A stretch of DNA of 63,930 nucleotides, filler included, from Octopus bimaculoides (GCF_001194135.2; 5 parts of 5 records of this genome joined end to end with filler, not necessarily neighbours in it), one strand, 5' to 3'. Positions 39,011 through 52,444 are shown, numbered from the whole stretch's first letter. Notes: generated from the letters alone by a model not told the origin. Program-made: numbers and translations.

Positions 39011-39162
39011 CAACTAAGTTCCCACCGTTTCTTTAAATTTTAGAATTTATTGCATTTTTAAATTTTGGAATCTATTTTTTTCAAAAATTCTATTTTTGAA
39101 TCATTTTGGAATCTATTTTGTTTTTTTTTTAGTTAATTTTTGTTTATTTTCAGATCATTAAA

Positions 39163-39600
39163 ATGAGTCAAGTTAAGAAAAACAAGCATTTTCGACACCT
39201 CCTTCTTTTTGCTTTTACTCAAGGTTCTAAGGCCGCAAAAGCTGCTTGTGACATTTGTGCTGTGTATGGAGAGGGTGCCATAGTGGAAAGAACTGCTTGT
39301 GATTGGGATGCCAAGTTCAAAAATGGAGATTTTGACCTCAAAGACGCACCTCGTTCTGACCGTCCAGTTGAGTTTGATGAAGAGCGATTAAACCAACTTG
39401 TGCACGAGAATTCTCATCTAACAACAAGGAAATTGGCTGGGAAAATGGAATGCTCCCACACTGCTATAGAGAAGCATCTCTACTCGATGGGAAAGGTTCA
39501 GAAAGTATGGAGAATGGGTTCCGCATGCTTTAAGTGACAACAACAAAAATTAATGAGCTACAATCTCCGCTGGTTTGCTTGCTTGTCACCGCTCAACGCA
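39163..39600 (+). mobile_element. mariner transposase N-terminal (HTH) fragment
   Basis: FRHLLLFAF...ICAVYGEGA...KFKNGDFDLKDAPRSDRP...WVPHAL; truncated by a SINE. Confidence 0.88.
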
Positions 39601-39968
39601 AAATGCCTAGTGGTATTTCGTCTGCCGTTACGTTCTGAGTTCAAGTTCCGCCGACGTCGACTTTGCCTTTCATCCTTTCAGGGTCAATAAATAAAGTACC
39701 AGTTATGCACTGGGGTCGATGTAATCGACTTAATCCTTTTGTCTGTCCTTGTTTGTCCCCTCTATGTTTAGCCCCTTGTGGGCAATAAAGAAATAAGAAA
39801 CATAAGCACGCCAGGCGAAATGCTTAGCGGTATTTCGCTTGTCTTTACGTTCAAATTCCGCTGAGGACGACTGTGCCTTTCATCTTTTCGGGGTCAATAA
39901 ATTAAGTACCATTTAATACTGGGATCGAGCTAATCGACTGACCCCCTCCCCCAAAATTTCGGGCCTTG
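39600..39968 (+). mobile_element. Two tandem copies of SINE family B
   Basis: GAGTTCAA B-box and GACTTTGCCTTTCATCCTTTCAGGGTC core. Confidence 0.8.
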
Positions 39969-39969
39969 T

Positions 39970-40302
39970 GCCATCGTTGCCAGTGCCCCTGGACTGGTTC
40001 TTGTGCGGGTGGCACATGAGATGCACCATTTTGAGCGTGGCCGTTGCCAGTACCGCCTGACTGGCTCCCGTAGGATTTTCGAGCGAGATCGTTGCCAGTG
40101 CCCCTGGACTGGCTTGTGCGGGTGGCACATAAAAGACACCATTTCGAGCGTGGCCGTTTTCGTGCGGGTGACACGTAAAAGCACCCACTACACTCTCGGA
40201 GTGGTTGGCGTTAGGAGGGGCATCCAGCTGTAGAAACTCTGCCAAATTAGATTGGAGCCTGGTGTTGCCATCCGGTTTCACCAGTCCTCAGTCAAATCGT
40301 CC
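39970..40302 (+). mobile_element. RTE-family 3' UTR fragment
   Basis: Near-identical reverse complement of 19575-19760. Confidence 0.8.
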
Positions 40303-40610
40303 NNNNNNNNNNNNNNNNNNNNNNNNNNNNNNNNNNNNNNNNNNNNNNNNNNNNNNNNNNNNNNNNNNNNNNNNNNNNNNNNNNNNNNNNNNNNNNNNNN
40401 NNNNNNNNNNNNNNNNNNNNNNNNNNNNNNNNNNNNNNNNNNNNNNNNNNNNNNNNNNNNNCCGAGGTCGACTTTGCCTTTCATCCTTTCAAGGTCGATA
40501 AATTAAATACCAGTTGCATACTGGGTCGATCTAATCGACTGACCCCCTTACCCAAAATTTCGGACCTTGTGCCAAGAGTAAAAAAAATATGATAATCAAA
40601 GACTATCTAA

Positions 40611-40825
40611 GGCGGCGAGCTGGCAGAAACGTTAGCATGCCGGGCAAAATGCTTATTGGTATTTCGTCTGTCTTTACGTTCTGAGTTCAAATTCCGCCGA
40701 GGTCGACTTTGCCTTTCATCCTTTCAAGGTCGATAAATTAAGTACCAGTTGCGTACTGGGGTCGATTTAATCGACTGACCCCCTCCCCCAAAAATTCAGG
40801 CCTTGTGCCTAAAGTAGAAAAGAAT
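40611..40825 (+). mobile_element. tRNA-derived SINE family B, full-length-like
   Basis: GGCGGCGAGCTGGCAGAA head and B-box. The core CCTTTCATCCTTTCAAGGTCGATAAATTAAGTACC resembles the Deu/Nin SINE domain (from recall). Other copies near 26200, 26430, 32546, 35990, 36310, 40461, 54960 and 63860. Confidence 0.82.
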
Positions 40826-42883
40826 AATCAAACACTGTCTTGTTCTTACAGGTATCTAATGTCTTTTTTAAGGTGTAAATTCGGAGCGATTTTGTCACTG
40901 ATTCTTTCGGCTCGAGCAACCACGAAAAGATTCCTTTAATATTCGTTCTTGACGTCAGTGAGATTAGTTGGCGAATTATGTTTTTAGGGTTTCTGTAAAG
41001 CAGAAATGATCTCCAGCTCCTTATATTCGAATCAATGAATTATATACTGGAGATTTGCGTGCGTGCGTGTGTGTGTGCGTGCATGCGTGCGTATATGTGT
41101 GTTTACTATTGCGTGTTCGACTGAGCAATTATATAAGCCTGACGTGCTACGCAAATGACGCGGTTAAATTCTCGACGTAACTGAATTCCATTCTTACTAG
41201 TTCCACATCATTTCATTTACATCACTAACGCCCTTGAAAAAATCTATGAACGTAATAGCTATTTATTTTCCCGCCATAAAAAAATATCAACTTGTAGCCT
41301 GTATAAAAATCAATATAACTCTTTTGTGGATGTACGTCAATGTTTTGAACAAATTTAAATTTGTGCGTACGTGCATGCGACAGTTATTGAGTATGCATGC
41401 ACATATTTAAACATTACGTGTGTTGCTGAATGTTTCTATGCATGCATCCATCTAATCATTTGTATGCAAATAACCGTGTAAATTTATGCGCTAATGAATG
41501 TAAACTTTTGCTTACATACGTGTAAAAATCGCGTTCGTATTTAAATGTAAGCATGTGATTGTGCAAAAAGCGTATGTGTGCATGGATATAATGTTGAGGG
41601 CAAGTTACCTTTTGACAAGATATCTAAAGATAAGTTATCCTAGGGCAGGAGACCTGCCTCAAATTTTCGTAACATAGCAGACACCTCTAAAGGCATCGAA
41701 AGGCCAGTTAGTAGTTTTGTTAAACCGAGGGAACGATTGGGCTACCCCGCGATTTATGATTTTCTGCGCTTACACACATGCACACCTATAGTGTACGTGT
41801 GTTCTATGTGTAAATATACGCACTAAAACAGCGAGAAGAAATGGAAAAGGTATATGAAATTATGTATGAACCACACTTGTTTAACCACCCCAGCCCTTAT
41901 GGAATACGTATTTTTCCTATGTACAGAGAATCCAGAACCACATTACTCAGTATTTCATTTTAAGGTGATTTAAAGGAGATTTAGTTGCTTTTTCTAGCAA
42001 ATCAACCGACCACGTGAGGTGCAATTTAAGGAGATTTGGTGAATACAGTGAGGTATGATTTAAAGGCGATTTGGTTGCTATCTCTAGCAGATCAATCGTC
42101 CATGTAGAGGTTCCTCCGTTAGCCTGGGTATGCACTATTAGTATTTTGTATGTTACGTGTGCACATCTCTATATCATCAGAACCACTGTATGAGTGAGTA
42201 GCGATAGCGGTAGAAGGGAAAGTGTGAAATATAGAGAGGGGAAAATAGAGAGTCGAGTAGAGGTAAAGATACAGAGAGAGAAAGAGAGGGGGAGTACAGA
42301 AATGAGGAGAGGATAGAGGGAATGTGCGTGCGTGTGTGTGTGTGCAATAGTTCCTGGGAATTTCATTACTGGAACGGTTTAGTTGCTACATTTATGGCCT
42401 GCCAACAATCGTTGATGGCCAAAGAAGCAAGATGTAATGCAAGTCAGCATTTCTTTCATAGCGTTATACGAACAGATAGAAGAAAACAAAGAATAATATC
42501 GAATAAAATCTAGATTTATGTTAAAAAAATATCACCTTGCAAGAATACGAATCTAGTCAATATTTCCTCCTGTCTTACGCCCAACCTTGATTCTTTCTAC
42601 CTACCGCCTTTTATAAACTCGCAAACCACGAACCGACAGGGGCTCCTCTACGTGGCCACTCGGCCTGCTAGAAACAGGAGCCAACCCCCCCCCCTCTCCG
42701 TTTTAGGAAAAGACACGTTAAATTATGTGATCCTGTGTGATCCTCAGCGCATAGAAATATCCACAAGTGGAATGCTTTTGTTTATAGGTCTGTTTGATCA
42801 GAGTTGGCTTGTGCCTTAACCAAAACACAAGCCACAATCCTTATTGCTGAAACATGCTCATCTTCTATCTCTATCTAACTCAT

Positions 42884-42999
42884 ATATACTGTTCCGACCA
42901 CACTGTATTCCAGCTTTCCCATTAAAGGAAGCATCTACATGCATGTAGATGCTTCCTTTAATGGGAAAGCTGGAATATAGTGTGGTCTGAACAGTATAT
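42884..42999. mobile_element. 116-bp perfectly palindromic MITE-like element
   Basis: 58-bp arms with 2 mismatches and no loop, flanked by the direct repeat TAACTCAT (42876-42883, 43001-43008). Confidence 0.7.
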
Positions 43000-44309
43000 T
43001 TAACTCATCACAACCAATAGTTTATTCTACTATGCCTCATCACGTATTGAGAATATCCATCTCCCATCAACCCTCTCTCTCTTCTCTCTGAAATAATTCA
43101 ACGCCCTTTGGCTCTTAAAATACTCTCGCATTGACACTACTGGCACACAAAAAGAATTTGCTTTTGCGAACTATCTGCACCAGTTTGTATTCTTACCTAC
43201 CCACATCTCTGACTAATACTACTGACCTCTTTCTCTCCTCCCAGATCAAACCTTTAGCTAATCTTTTTCGTCTTTACTACCATCAAGTCGCTTGACCACT
43301 GCCCAAATCAAGGTAAACCATCTCACATTTTCCTACCGTACAACGACTATGCTCCACGAATAACCGGCAACCTCAAACACTCAAATCTCTGCTAATTCTC
43401 CGTTAAATGCCAGCAAATGTGCTTCGCTTTTTTTTAATACCCACATAAAGCAGCCAGTTAAGCGAGCGATTGCTCCCTGTCAGACATGCTCCACCACATC
43501 TTTCACATAACCAAACCTCAGAAGTCCCACAAGCTCGGAAGCCCAATTGGTTTACCAGAGCCGAATAAAGACCCATAGAGGCCCTAAGCAATTAAGATTT
43601 TGGTACCCCTATATATATGTAATTCAAAAATGTAAACAATAATAAACCATCAAATAAATTTTTATTTTTCGAAATGCAACAAAACTAACAGTAAGATGGA
43701 AAATAATGGTTGTTTTTGTATATTTCCATTTTATTTATATTTGAAAAAAATTCTCCTACTTTTTAAATTGCAAAGTCTTTGATCAGATCCTCACTATGAC
43801 GCCGTGAACACTTCGAAATTATATTTCCGATCATATACACCACTTCGAATATTACTTAAGCAAGTTAAAAATGATATCTTTTGTGCCGTAAACCATTTAC
43901 CATTTCTGTGGTGCCCCCCCCCCCCCCACTTCCCTTGATGCTCTAAGCACGTGCTTATTTTGCTTAACGGTTAATCCGGCGCAGTGGTTTATGCGGAGCA
44001 CTATTGCATATATATTAAGAGCAGATTATTGTTCTTCGATGAGGTTACGCTCCGTCACCAGCTTAGAGGCGTTTATCTGTCACCTCGATGCCTGCAAAAT
44101 TATTATGGAAAAATTAAAGGCTGAATTGCAAGATCTCTTGCTTCCCAGCCTGCAGTTTTTTCTTCTTAAATTTGGTGAATTCTATCCTCATTTCTTCGAC
44201 CGATATCTATAAACGTTGTACCGACTGGTAAATCCATCAAGTTTTCTACCTGTTTTTCCCTCTGTTTCACATAATATACTCATTAAGACCACTTCTCTCA
44301 ATCTCTTGA

Positions 44310-44361
<52 letters not shown>

Positions 44362-45160
44362 GTACCAATGCAGGGCAGTGGATTGGCGGAACTATTAGAG
44401 GGTCGGGCGAAATGTCTTGCAGTAGCTGATCCGGCTCTTTGCCTTTTGACAGCAACGCCTGCGATACATTGGTATCAAGCTGTGTCGGCTTGAGTCGATG
44501 GCTTTTCCCTTGGATAAACATCAATGGTGTGGAGAGATAAGACTTGCTTACATGGGCATCAGAAAATCTCATTCAGTTCTGCATATATACATATATGTGC
44601 AGATGCTTGGTCAACGTTGATCGACGCAGGCCCTACAAGTCCTAAATACGCAATACCCGAAAAAATGCATGATGATGGCTGGAACGCTTTTGATTATAGT
44701 CAAGACTGATGTGGGTCCGTCTCAGCAGTATTCTAAGCCCCTGGGCAAATCACTGCACTGAACCTTATAGTATACATATACTATAAGGCACACAGTACAA
44801 TGCAAGCCACAACATACATAGATCAGAATTGGGCTCCTAGACCCGTTAAAGTATCCAACATGCTCGTACCTTGAGGTGGTACTTGTTTAAACGGCAACTA
44901 CAACAACCAAGTGTTATATAGGAATCTTTTACTTGGTTTCCCAATCTGGTTGGGAAAAAAAGAACAAATTTCCCTCTGTTGTCCTAAAAGGGGGTGGGGT
45001 CAGTCTACATAGATGCTAGATACAGTCAATATACCTACAAAAAAATGGGATAGTCACGATTGGAATGCATTTTATTATAAGTTTGCTCAGTCAAGACTTA
45101 CCTGGGGTTATATAATGACTTTAACCTTAACCTAACTAACGGCATCATTCCCTTTACGGT

Positions 45161-45381
45161 AAAAAAATAAATAAATAAATGCGCCCTTTTAAAGCCTAGC
45201 CAGGCTCATGGACCCGGTTTCCCGGTTTCAATGGCGTATGCGTTCCCCAGCTGAGTGGACTGGAGCAACTTGAAATGAAGTGTTTTACTCAAGAACACAA
45301 CGCGTCGCCCGGTCCAGGAATCGAAACCACAATCTTACGATCATGATGCTGACACCCTAACCACTAAGCCACGCGCCTCCT
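45161..45381 (-). mobile_element. tRNA-derived SINE family C with TSD
   Basis: Head GGAGGCGCGTGGCTTAGTGG, B-box GGTTTCGATTCC, TSD CCTTTACGGT at 45151-45160 and 45382-45391. Related copies near 51440-51565 (-) and 55858-56035 (+). Confidence 0.8.
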
Positions 45382-46343
45382 CCTTTACGGTCAAACAGTA
45401 CACTAAATTGCCTCTACAGAAGTTTGTCCGAATCTATGCAAGCCAATTAGTGCGCCCAAATAGATTGGTAACTTCCTCCCAATCGTTAATTATATCTCCT
45501 TCATCATCTTAAGTTTTTCTTCCTTTTCGATAACCACCAGTACAGTTGTTGTAGAGCTATTAAATCGCCCTTGTGAACTATAACGAAAGCAGTCTTGTTG
45601 CTCTTGATCCTTTCATAGGTTTCATCTGTGCTGTTATGTAAAAAAATTGCTGAGAATCAAATCGTTTTATCTAGCTCAAGTGTTCAGCTTAAGTATTCAA
45701 GATAAGAATGTCAGTGTATTCCTTTCGATTGCAAATAGCTCTTTCCAGTTTTCAATCAAAGGCGCTTAAACGGGATGTGGATTGAGGGTAAGAAAAAATG
45801 ATTTCATAGCTTTCACCAACACTTTGAAGGTTGAGTTACTCTGATACTTTTTGTATTCTTATTAAGCGATGAAGAAATTCAGGTGGTGGATCCTTGATTT
45901 CATTTTTAATAACTGGATCGACGCTGAGCCACTTTTCGCGTGCTTTTTGGAAACCGGCTTCTCAGAATGTCACTGTAAAAATCTTCGACGGTACATTCAT
46001 CAGTCGACCCACAACTGACTCGGGTAAGATTTCTCAACGTGTCAACAGTCAACATTACGGCAATTACCAGTGGAACGCCTGTCAGTGGAACAAAATTTTA
46101 TTGATTTCCTCAAATTGAGCTATATCTTTAGTTGAAACAGCATCAGTTCGATAATGTATATATATTGCTACGAACATAGTGATAAATAGAGTCCATAAGT
46201 TTAACATGATTGACTCTTTGCTCATATTTATTGATAATATTTTAAACTTCGTAAGCAACCTCCCCTACCCCGGTTCAGATAATTAATTAGACGATTGGGG
46301 GCGGCTGTTTGGATGCTGACGATTTGGTTCTGCCAAATAGACA

Positions 46344-46750
46344 TAGGCGCAAGAGCGGCTGTGTGGTAAGTAGCTTGCTTCCCAATCACATGGTTCCGGG
46401 TTCAGTCCCACTGCGTCGCACCTTGGGCAAGTGTCTTCTACAGCATCGGGCCGACCAAAGCCTTGTGAATGGATTTGGTAGACGGAAACTGAAAGAAGCC
46501 CGTCGTATATATATGTATATATATATGTATGCATATGTGTGTATATATATGTTTGTTTATCCCCCCCCAACATCGCTTGACAACCGATGCTGGTGTGTTT
46601 ACGTCCCCAAAACTTAGCGGTTCGGCAAAAGAGACCGATAGAATAAGTACTAGGCTTACAAAGAATAAGTCCTGGGGTCGATTTGCTCGACTAAAAGGCG
46701 GCGCTCCAGCATGGCCGCAGTCAAACTGAAACAAGTAAAAGAATAAAAGA
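46344..46750 (+). mobile_element. Bipartite SINE family A with internal (TA/TG)n
   Basis: tRNA head, core, microsatellite, then a 3' module ending GAAACAAGTAAAAGAATAAAAG. Related copies at 57135-57450 (-), 58310-58675 (-), 60885-61025 and 20165-20355. Confidence 0.82.
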
Positions 46751-46919
46751 ATTCAACCTGTTTTGGCGATAGTACGCTCTATCACTCGTGGCAAACAAAC
46801 GCACGCGCGCGCGCAGAAATATACTCATTCAGATAGAGTCGGAGAGAAAATGAGAGGACGAGAGAAACATTAAAACGTCTCATGTTAAATCAGCGACGCC
46901 AAAACATCTGTGTCAAAAT

Positions 46920-48400
46920 GTCTTGTACCCATCCAGAAAGCTACCCAGGGACCAGCGATGCTGAAAGTTAAATGCTCTTTTGTGAAGCGTCAGGATAGTC
47001 GCAGGTGCAAAGTAGAGACCTAGTCGCACGGAGCGATTCCTCTAAAATGTTGCTCTATCGTTTTTCTAGGCATCTTCCTTGAGTAAAGAGTACGTTTTGT
47101 AATCCATGGTGTCCCTTTTAGGCATTCATTTTCCAGTGAGACTAGATGGAATTGCTCTAGTTTGAACTTGAATAAAAAGGAAAAAATATGTACAAAAATC
47201 TCGGGGCTTAAATTAGGACCCACAGCTTGAATGTATTGAAGCTAGAGCACTAAACATGCAAAATATATTTTGAAAGCAGCAAATTACTGTAGGAGCTTTC
47301 ATATCTGATTGCGCAAACGTATTCCCTTACTATCGTAAGTAACGATAACAGACGATAATAAAGTGATCTTTGAAATCGGTACTGGGAAGCTCAAATCATT
47401 GCGAGGTATTGATAAGATTAGCATTAGAAGGAAGGTAGAATCGGGATTTCAATTAAGACTATACAATGCATTCGTCACGAGTTTCTTCATATTTTCCAAA
47501 CGAAATGGTTAGACCATACGTATGATATAGTGCCATAATCGAGTAACTCCAGGACAAAACAAAATCTTAGGTGAATGTGTGATTCCAAGAGATATAGAGA
47601 AACAAGTAATAACAGCAGCAACTGTGCTTTTTTTCATCAGTTATGTATCGGCTGCCATAATTGTAGAACGATAATTCAATGCACCAACAAAAATCTTATT
47701 CCTCATTTTTACTCTAGTTTTTGTGACTAAATCTTATTAATCTCTGTTGTGTGAAATATTCTCGAAGAAAAATCGTCCGTCTTTTCCTAACACATTTTAC
47801 GAGAGACATAACCTCCTTTTCGGTTGACGAGAAATTTTATTCCTGGTTGAGAGAGTTCTGGAGTAGAAAGCAACTGGTTTACTGCGTTGTAAAAAGGACA
47901 CACGAAATTGTAGTTTCAGAAGCATTAGTCTCGACATGCATTGGAAGTTCAGATAAGATAAGTCAGAGAGTAGTATTAGCTATTGAAGATGTTTAGATGT
48001 CTTTCTTTACAGTGGAAAAACAGGGTTTAGCAGTAGTTGAATTAGTTCACAGAAAGGAGTCATTGTAATTGTTAAGTTATTGTTAGACGGCGAGCTTTTA
48101 CTCTGTCAAGATCAGCTTGCCGGGAATTATTTTCTATTTTATATCCTAAGTAACAGATGAATTTGTGGAGGAGAAGACATTTGTCATTGTTCAATGTAAT
48201 GTTGAGACTCTTTAATAAATTGAAATAAATTGCGCCAAGTTCCCATCGTGCTCTTCAATAGCTTTACCAACGTTGAGAGGGGTGTGAAGTCCTTCGATAT
48301 CATTGTTGGTGATTATATTATCCATCATTCATTGAAAAATATTTTGAGTGCTAGCTACATCAAAGAGGAACTTTGTAAATTGGAATAATCATCCATCAGC
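46920..48400 (-). mobile_element. Heavily degraded Gypsy pol (RT-RNase H-integrase)
   Basis: In correct order on the minus strand: MDNII...EEHDGNL, ICYLGYKI, HVETNASETTISCVL, KPVAFYSRTLS, CPGVTRLWHY. Many stops and frameshifts. Confidence 0.72.
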
Positions 48401-48590
48401 TTAAAGTATACTGTATCTCTTATTATCATTATGGTCCTATCGGTCCTATCGATCCTATCGGCGACAGTCACCCGAGGGAAACATAACAGAGTTTATTGGC
48501 GTCGCCGATAGGATCGATAGGACCGATAGGACCGATAGGACCGATAGGATACATGCTTACTTTACCGTAAAATTATTCATCGTAATAACA

Positions 48591-48807
48591 ATGGCTGAAA
48601 AACAGACAGTAGAACTTATTAAATTGTTTAGGGAACAAATGGACAAGCAAATGCAACAACATCAGAGATATATGGACGCTCTGTTAAAACTGTTTGGTGC
48701 TCGACAAGTTGAAGGCGATTCTAGTGGCTATTTTTCAGCTGCTTCAACAACAGTGTCGATTCCACCATTTACTGCATTTGATTCAGCGACAGAACTATGG
48801 CCTGATT
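48591..48807 (+). mobile_element. Gypsy-type gag N-terminus, cut by a scaffold join
   Basis: MAEKQTVELIKLF...SIPPFTAFDSATELWPD resembles the PF..FD...E.W..Y gag motif. A TTGGCGTCG PBS-like motif lies about 95 nt upstream. Confidence 0.55.
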
Positions 48808-48907
48808 NNNNNNNNNNNNNNNNNNNNNNNNNNNNNNNNNNNNNNNNNNNNTTAATTAATTAANNNNNNNNNNNNNNNNNNNNNNNNNNNNNNNNNNNNN
48901 NNNNNNN
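48808..48907. other. Artificial scaffold join
   Basis: TTAATTAATTAA at 48852-48863. Confidence 0.95.
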
Positions 48908-48989
48908 ATCCCCCCACCTTCATCCATGTATATTTTTATTATCCTGCAGTCATCATCTCTTAGCTGATCAAAAAGACCAGCATGCTACA

Positions 48990-51630
48990 CACATGAAGAT
49001 CGGTTTGGAACTAACATGTCGCCAGAAATTAAACCATCATCCTTACAGGTGTCTCATTAACTTACCTGGCGTGTCGTTATCTTACCTGTCGTGAAACATT
49101 ATTTAAAGCAACCGTGAATCCACTTTAGTGCACTGCTCTGTCCCCTGAAAGACAAAGCTTCACATCTTCAATGTGTTGGTACTTTCTGTTCTCCTCTAGG
49201 GAACAGAAACGTCACCCCTCACAAAGGCCCTGACAACTTACCTGTCTGTCTTAAAATACAATTCAGTGCGATCGTGTAATCAGAAACAAGACTGTCAGGT
49301 GTGTCATCTAATTACCTGTCGTACATATCTTTGCAGCATCATGTAGTAAAAAAATAAATGACCACCTCTACAGATTTTTTCCTACATGTTTTGAACTAAC
49401 ATGCAAGTTAACAACATCATGTCACCAGAAATTAAACTATCACTTTTACAGGTGTTTCATTAACTTACCTGGTGTGTCGTTATCTTATCTGTCATAAAAC
49501 ATGATTTAATGCAACCAGAAACATTAATTTACCTGTCATAATGCAGGTTATCTTACCTGTCCAAAATAAAAGTTGTAAAAAAAAGTTGTACCTTGGCACC
49601 AGAAACACGACTATCGTTATATAGGTATGTGATTGATGTCATACAGGTATTTTGTTATCCTACCTCTCATCAGAAATGAAACCCACCACACAATTATGTC
49701 ATTAATTTACCTGCCATGAAACATTATTTCATGCAACCATGAAACCAGAAACTATCAACAAACAGGTATGTCATTCACTTACCTGTGTAAAACGCAAGTT
49801 AATGGTATCGTACCACCAGGAGCAAGACTGTCACCATACAGGTATGTTGTTATCTTACCTGTCAAAAATAGATTTTAATACCTTGCCACCAGAAATGAGA
49901 CTGTTGCTGTACAGGTGTGTCACTGACTTACCTGTCATCATGAAGTTGTATTGTTATCTTACCTGTCATAAAATTTAATTTAATGGCATTGTGTCACCAG
50001 ATGTGAGACTGTTATCATACCTGTCATAAAATGTTATTAATGCAGCCATGTAACCAGAAACTATCAACCAACAGGTATGTCATTAACTTACCTGTATAAA
50101 ACACAAGTTAATGATATTATGCTACCAGAAATGAGACTATACAGATGTCATTAACTTACCTGTCACCATACAGGTGCATTGTTATGTTACCTGTCATCAA
50201 ACAAAAGTTAATATCGGTGGTACCAGAAACAAGACTGTCACCATACAGGTGTGTCATTATCTTACCTGCCATCATACTTACCTGTCGGAAAATAAAAGCT
50301 AATGGTATTGTATCACCAAAACTGAGAATGTCACAAAACAGGTGTGTTGTTATCTTACCTGTGCAAAATATAATTTAATGGTATTGTGTCTCCAGAAACA
50401 AGAACTCATTATTCAAGGTGTGTTAAATTACCTGTCAAAAATGCAAATTAATGATATTGGTAAAACTGAAATTCAACTACTAAAATTCCAGGTGTTTTAT
50501 CAACTTACCTGTTATTAAGCATGAATAAATGTTATTTCACCAGAAACTAGACTATTACTAGTCCAGGTGTGATATTTATTTACCTGTGTACAACACAAAT
50601 TTGTGGTATAGTTTAATCAGAAAATAAAGTATCACAATTTCAGGTGTGTTCTTTACCTTACCTGTCATAAAACACAAGTCATTGGTCTCATGTAACCAGA
50701 AAGTAATCTTTCACAAGTCCAGGTGTGTTATTAATTTACCTGTATAAAACCAGATACTGTTTATAATAATATACAGTATATAGTGTATATATATGTATAT
50801 ATATTAATTTGCCTGTATATAACTAGAAAGCAGACTGATACCACTCCAAATGTTATTCTACCTGACATAAAACATATATTAAAGGAATTATATCACCTGA
50901 AACCAGACTATTACAATTTCAGGTGTGTTAATTAATTTACCTGTATAAAACAAGTTATTGATATTGTGTCACCAGAGACTAGAATATTACCATTCCATGT
51001 GTTTTATTACCTTACCTGTCATGAAACACCTGGTATTTCATCTGACATAAAACACAAGTTACAAGAATCATATTATAAGCAACTAAACTACTGCAAACCC
51101 AGGTGTGTTATTAACTTACCTGTATGAAACAAGTCGTTGATATTGTGTCACCAGAAACTAGAATATTACCTGTCATAAAACACCTGGTTTTCACCTGACA
51201 TTAAACATGTGTTAAAGGAATCGTATCCTTAGCAACTAAACTATTACCATCCTGGGTATGTTATTAACTTTCCAAGTCGTTAATATTGTGTGGCACTGGC
51301 ACAAGGGTTCCAGTTGATCCAATCAACAGAATAGCCTGCTGAGTACTCCACAGACACGTATACCCTTTATGTACTTCTCAAGGAGATTCAGTGTGACAAG
51401 GCTGGCCCTTTTGAATTACAGGTACTACTCACTTTTTCCAGGTGAGTAGACTGGAGCAACATGAAATAAAGTGTTTTGTTCAAGGATATAATGCACCGGC
51501 AGGAATTGAACTCACAACTTAACGATTATGAGCCGAATGCCCTAACCACCCAGCCACATGCCTTCAATATTGTGTAACCAGAAACTAGACTACTATAATC
51601 CCAGGTGTGTTATTAACTTACCTGCTTGTT
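48990..51630. repeat. Degenerate ~70-77 bp tandem array with CAGGT-N13-ACCTG
   Basis: Unit approximately CAGGTGTGTTATTAACTTACCTGTATAAAACACAAGTTAATGATATTGTGTCACCAGAAACTAGACT. It continues at 52140-52440 and 54325-54700. Confidence 0.85.
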
Positions 51631-51689
51631 TGCTTGCTTCATGATCCTGCTTGAGAGGGCTGAGGTCATCCCAGGTGAGTGCTTCCAGA

Positions 51690-52010
51690 GATGTCAACAT
51701 GTGTAGAGCTGACCAGGTCCACCAGGGCTCCTCATTGCCGGTGGTCCCATGCCAGCCCCGTCTGCATCCTCCAAGATGACATCAAGCTTCTGGAGCCCGT
51801 CCTTAATCACATCCAGCCACCTGGTTATAGGTTCTCTTCCAGCTCTCATCTGCCGTGTCAAATGAGAGTAAGGCCTTGGTAGGATGAACCGGTGGAAGAT
51901 GGAAGACATGTCCAAACCAGTGCATGTGATGGATAGCCATGAGGTGGGAGGTTGTGGGTCAACACATGTGCACATGCAGTTCTTTGTTGGAAACATGATG
52001 GTGACATCTG
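51690..52010 (-). mobile_element. RTE-like LINE 3' coding fragment
   Basis: GLDMSSIF...RQMRAGREPITRWLDVIKDGL resembles GHV.RM...GR...RW.DV. Confidence 0.55.
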
Positions 52011-52444
52011 ATGTTCTCGATGGTTCCTAGGGCTTTGCTACTGAATCCACTTTGGTGCACGGCTCTATCTCCTGAAAACTTCACATCTTCAATGTGTCGG
52101 TACTCTCTGTTCTCCTCTATGGAGCAAAAACGTGGCCCCCTTACAGGTGTCTCATTAACTTACCTGGCGTGTCGTTATCTTACCTGTCGTGAAACATTAT
52201 TTAATGCAACCATGAATCCACTTTACTGCACTGCTCTGTCCCCTGAAAGACAAAGCTTCACATCTTCAATGTGTTGGTACTTTCTGATCTCCTCTATGCA
52301 GCAAAAACGTGGCCCCCTTCGCAAAGGCACTGGCAACTTACCTGTCTGTCTTAAAATACAATTCAGTGTGATATTATTATCAGAAACATGACTGTCAGGT
52401 GTGTCATTTACTTACCTATTGTATGCATCTTTTCAGTATCATGT

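Noticed and set aside
45560-46200. Possible env-like or pseudogene frame downstream of the Gypsy relic
   Set aside because: Many stops in all frames, no recognisable motif, and separated from the integrase by unrelated sequence.
49055-49075. U1 snRNA gene (ACTTACCTGGCGT match)
   Set aside because: The match stops after about 13 nt, with no U1 stem-loops or Sm site; it is part of the tandem array.
48990-51630. CRISPR-like array
   Set aside because: Eukaryotic context, degenerate repeats, spacers homologous to each other, and no cas genes.
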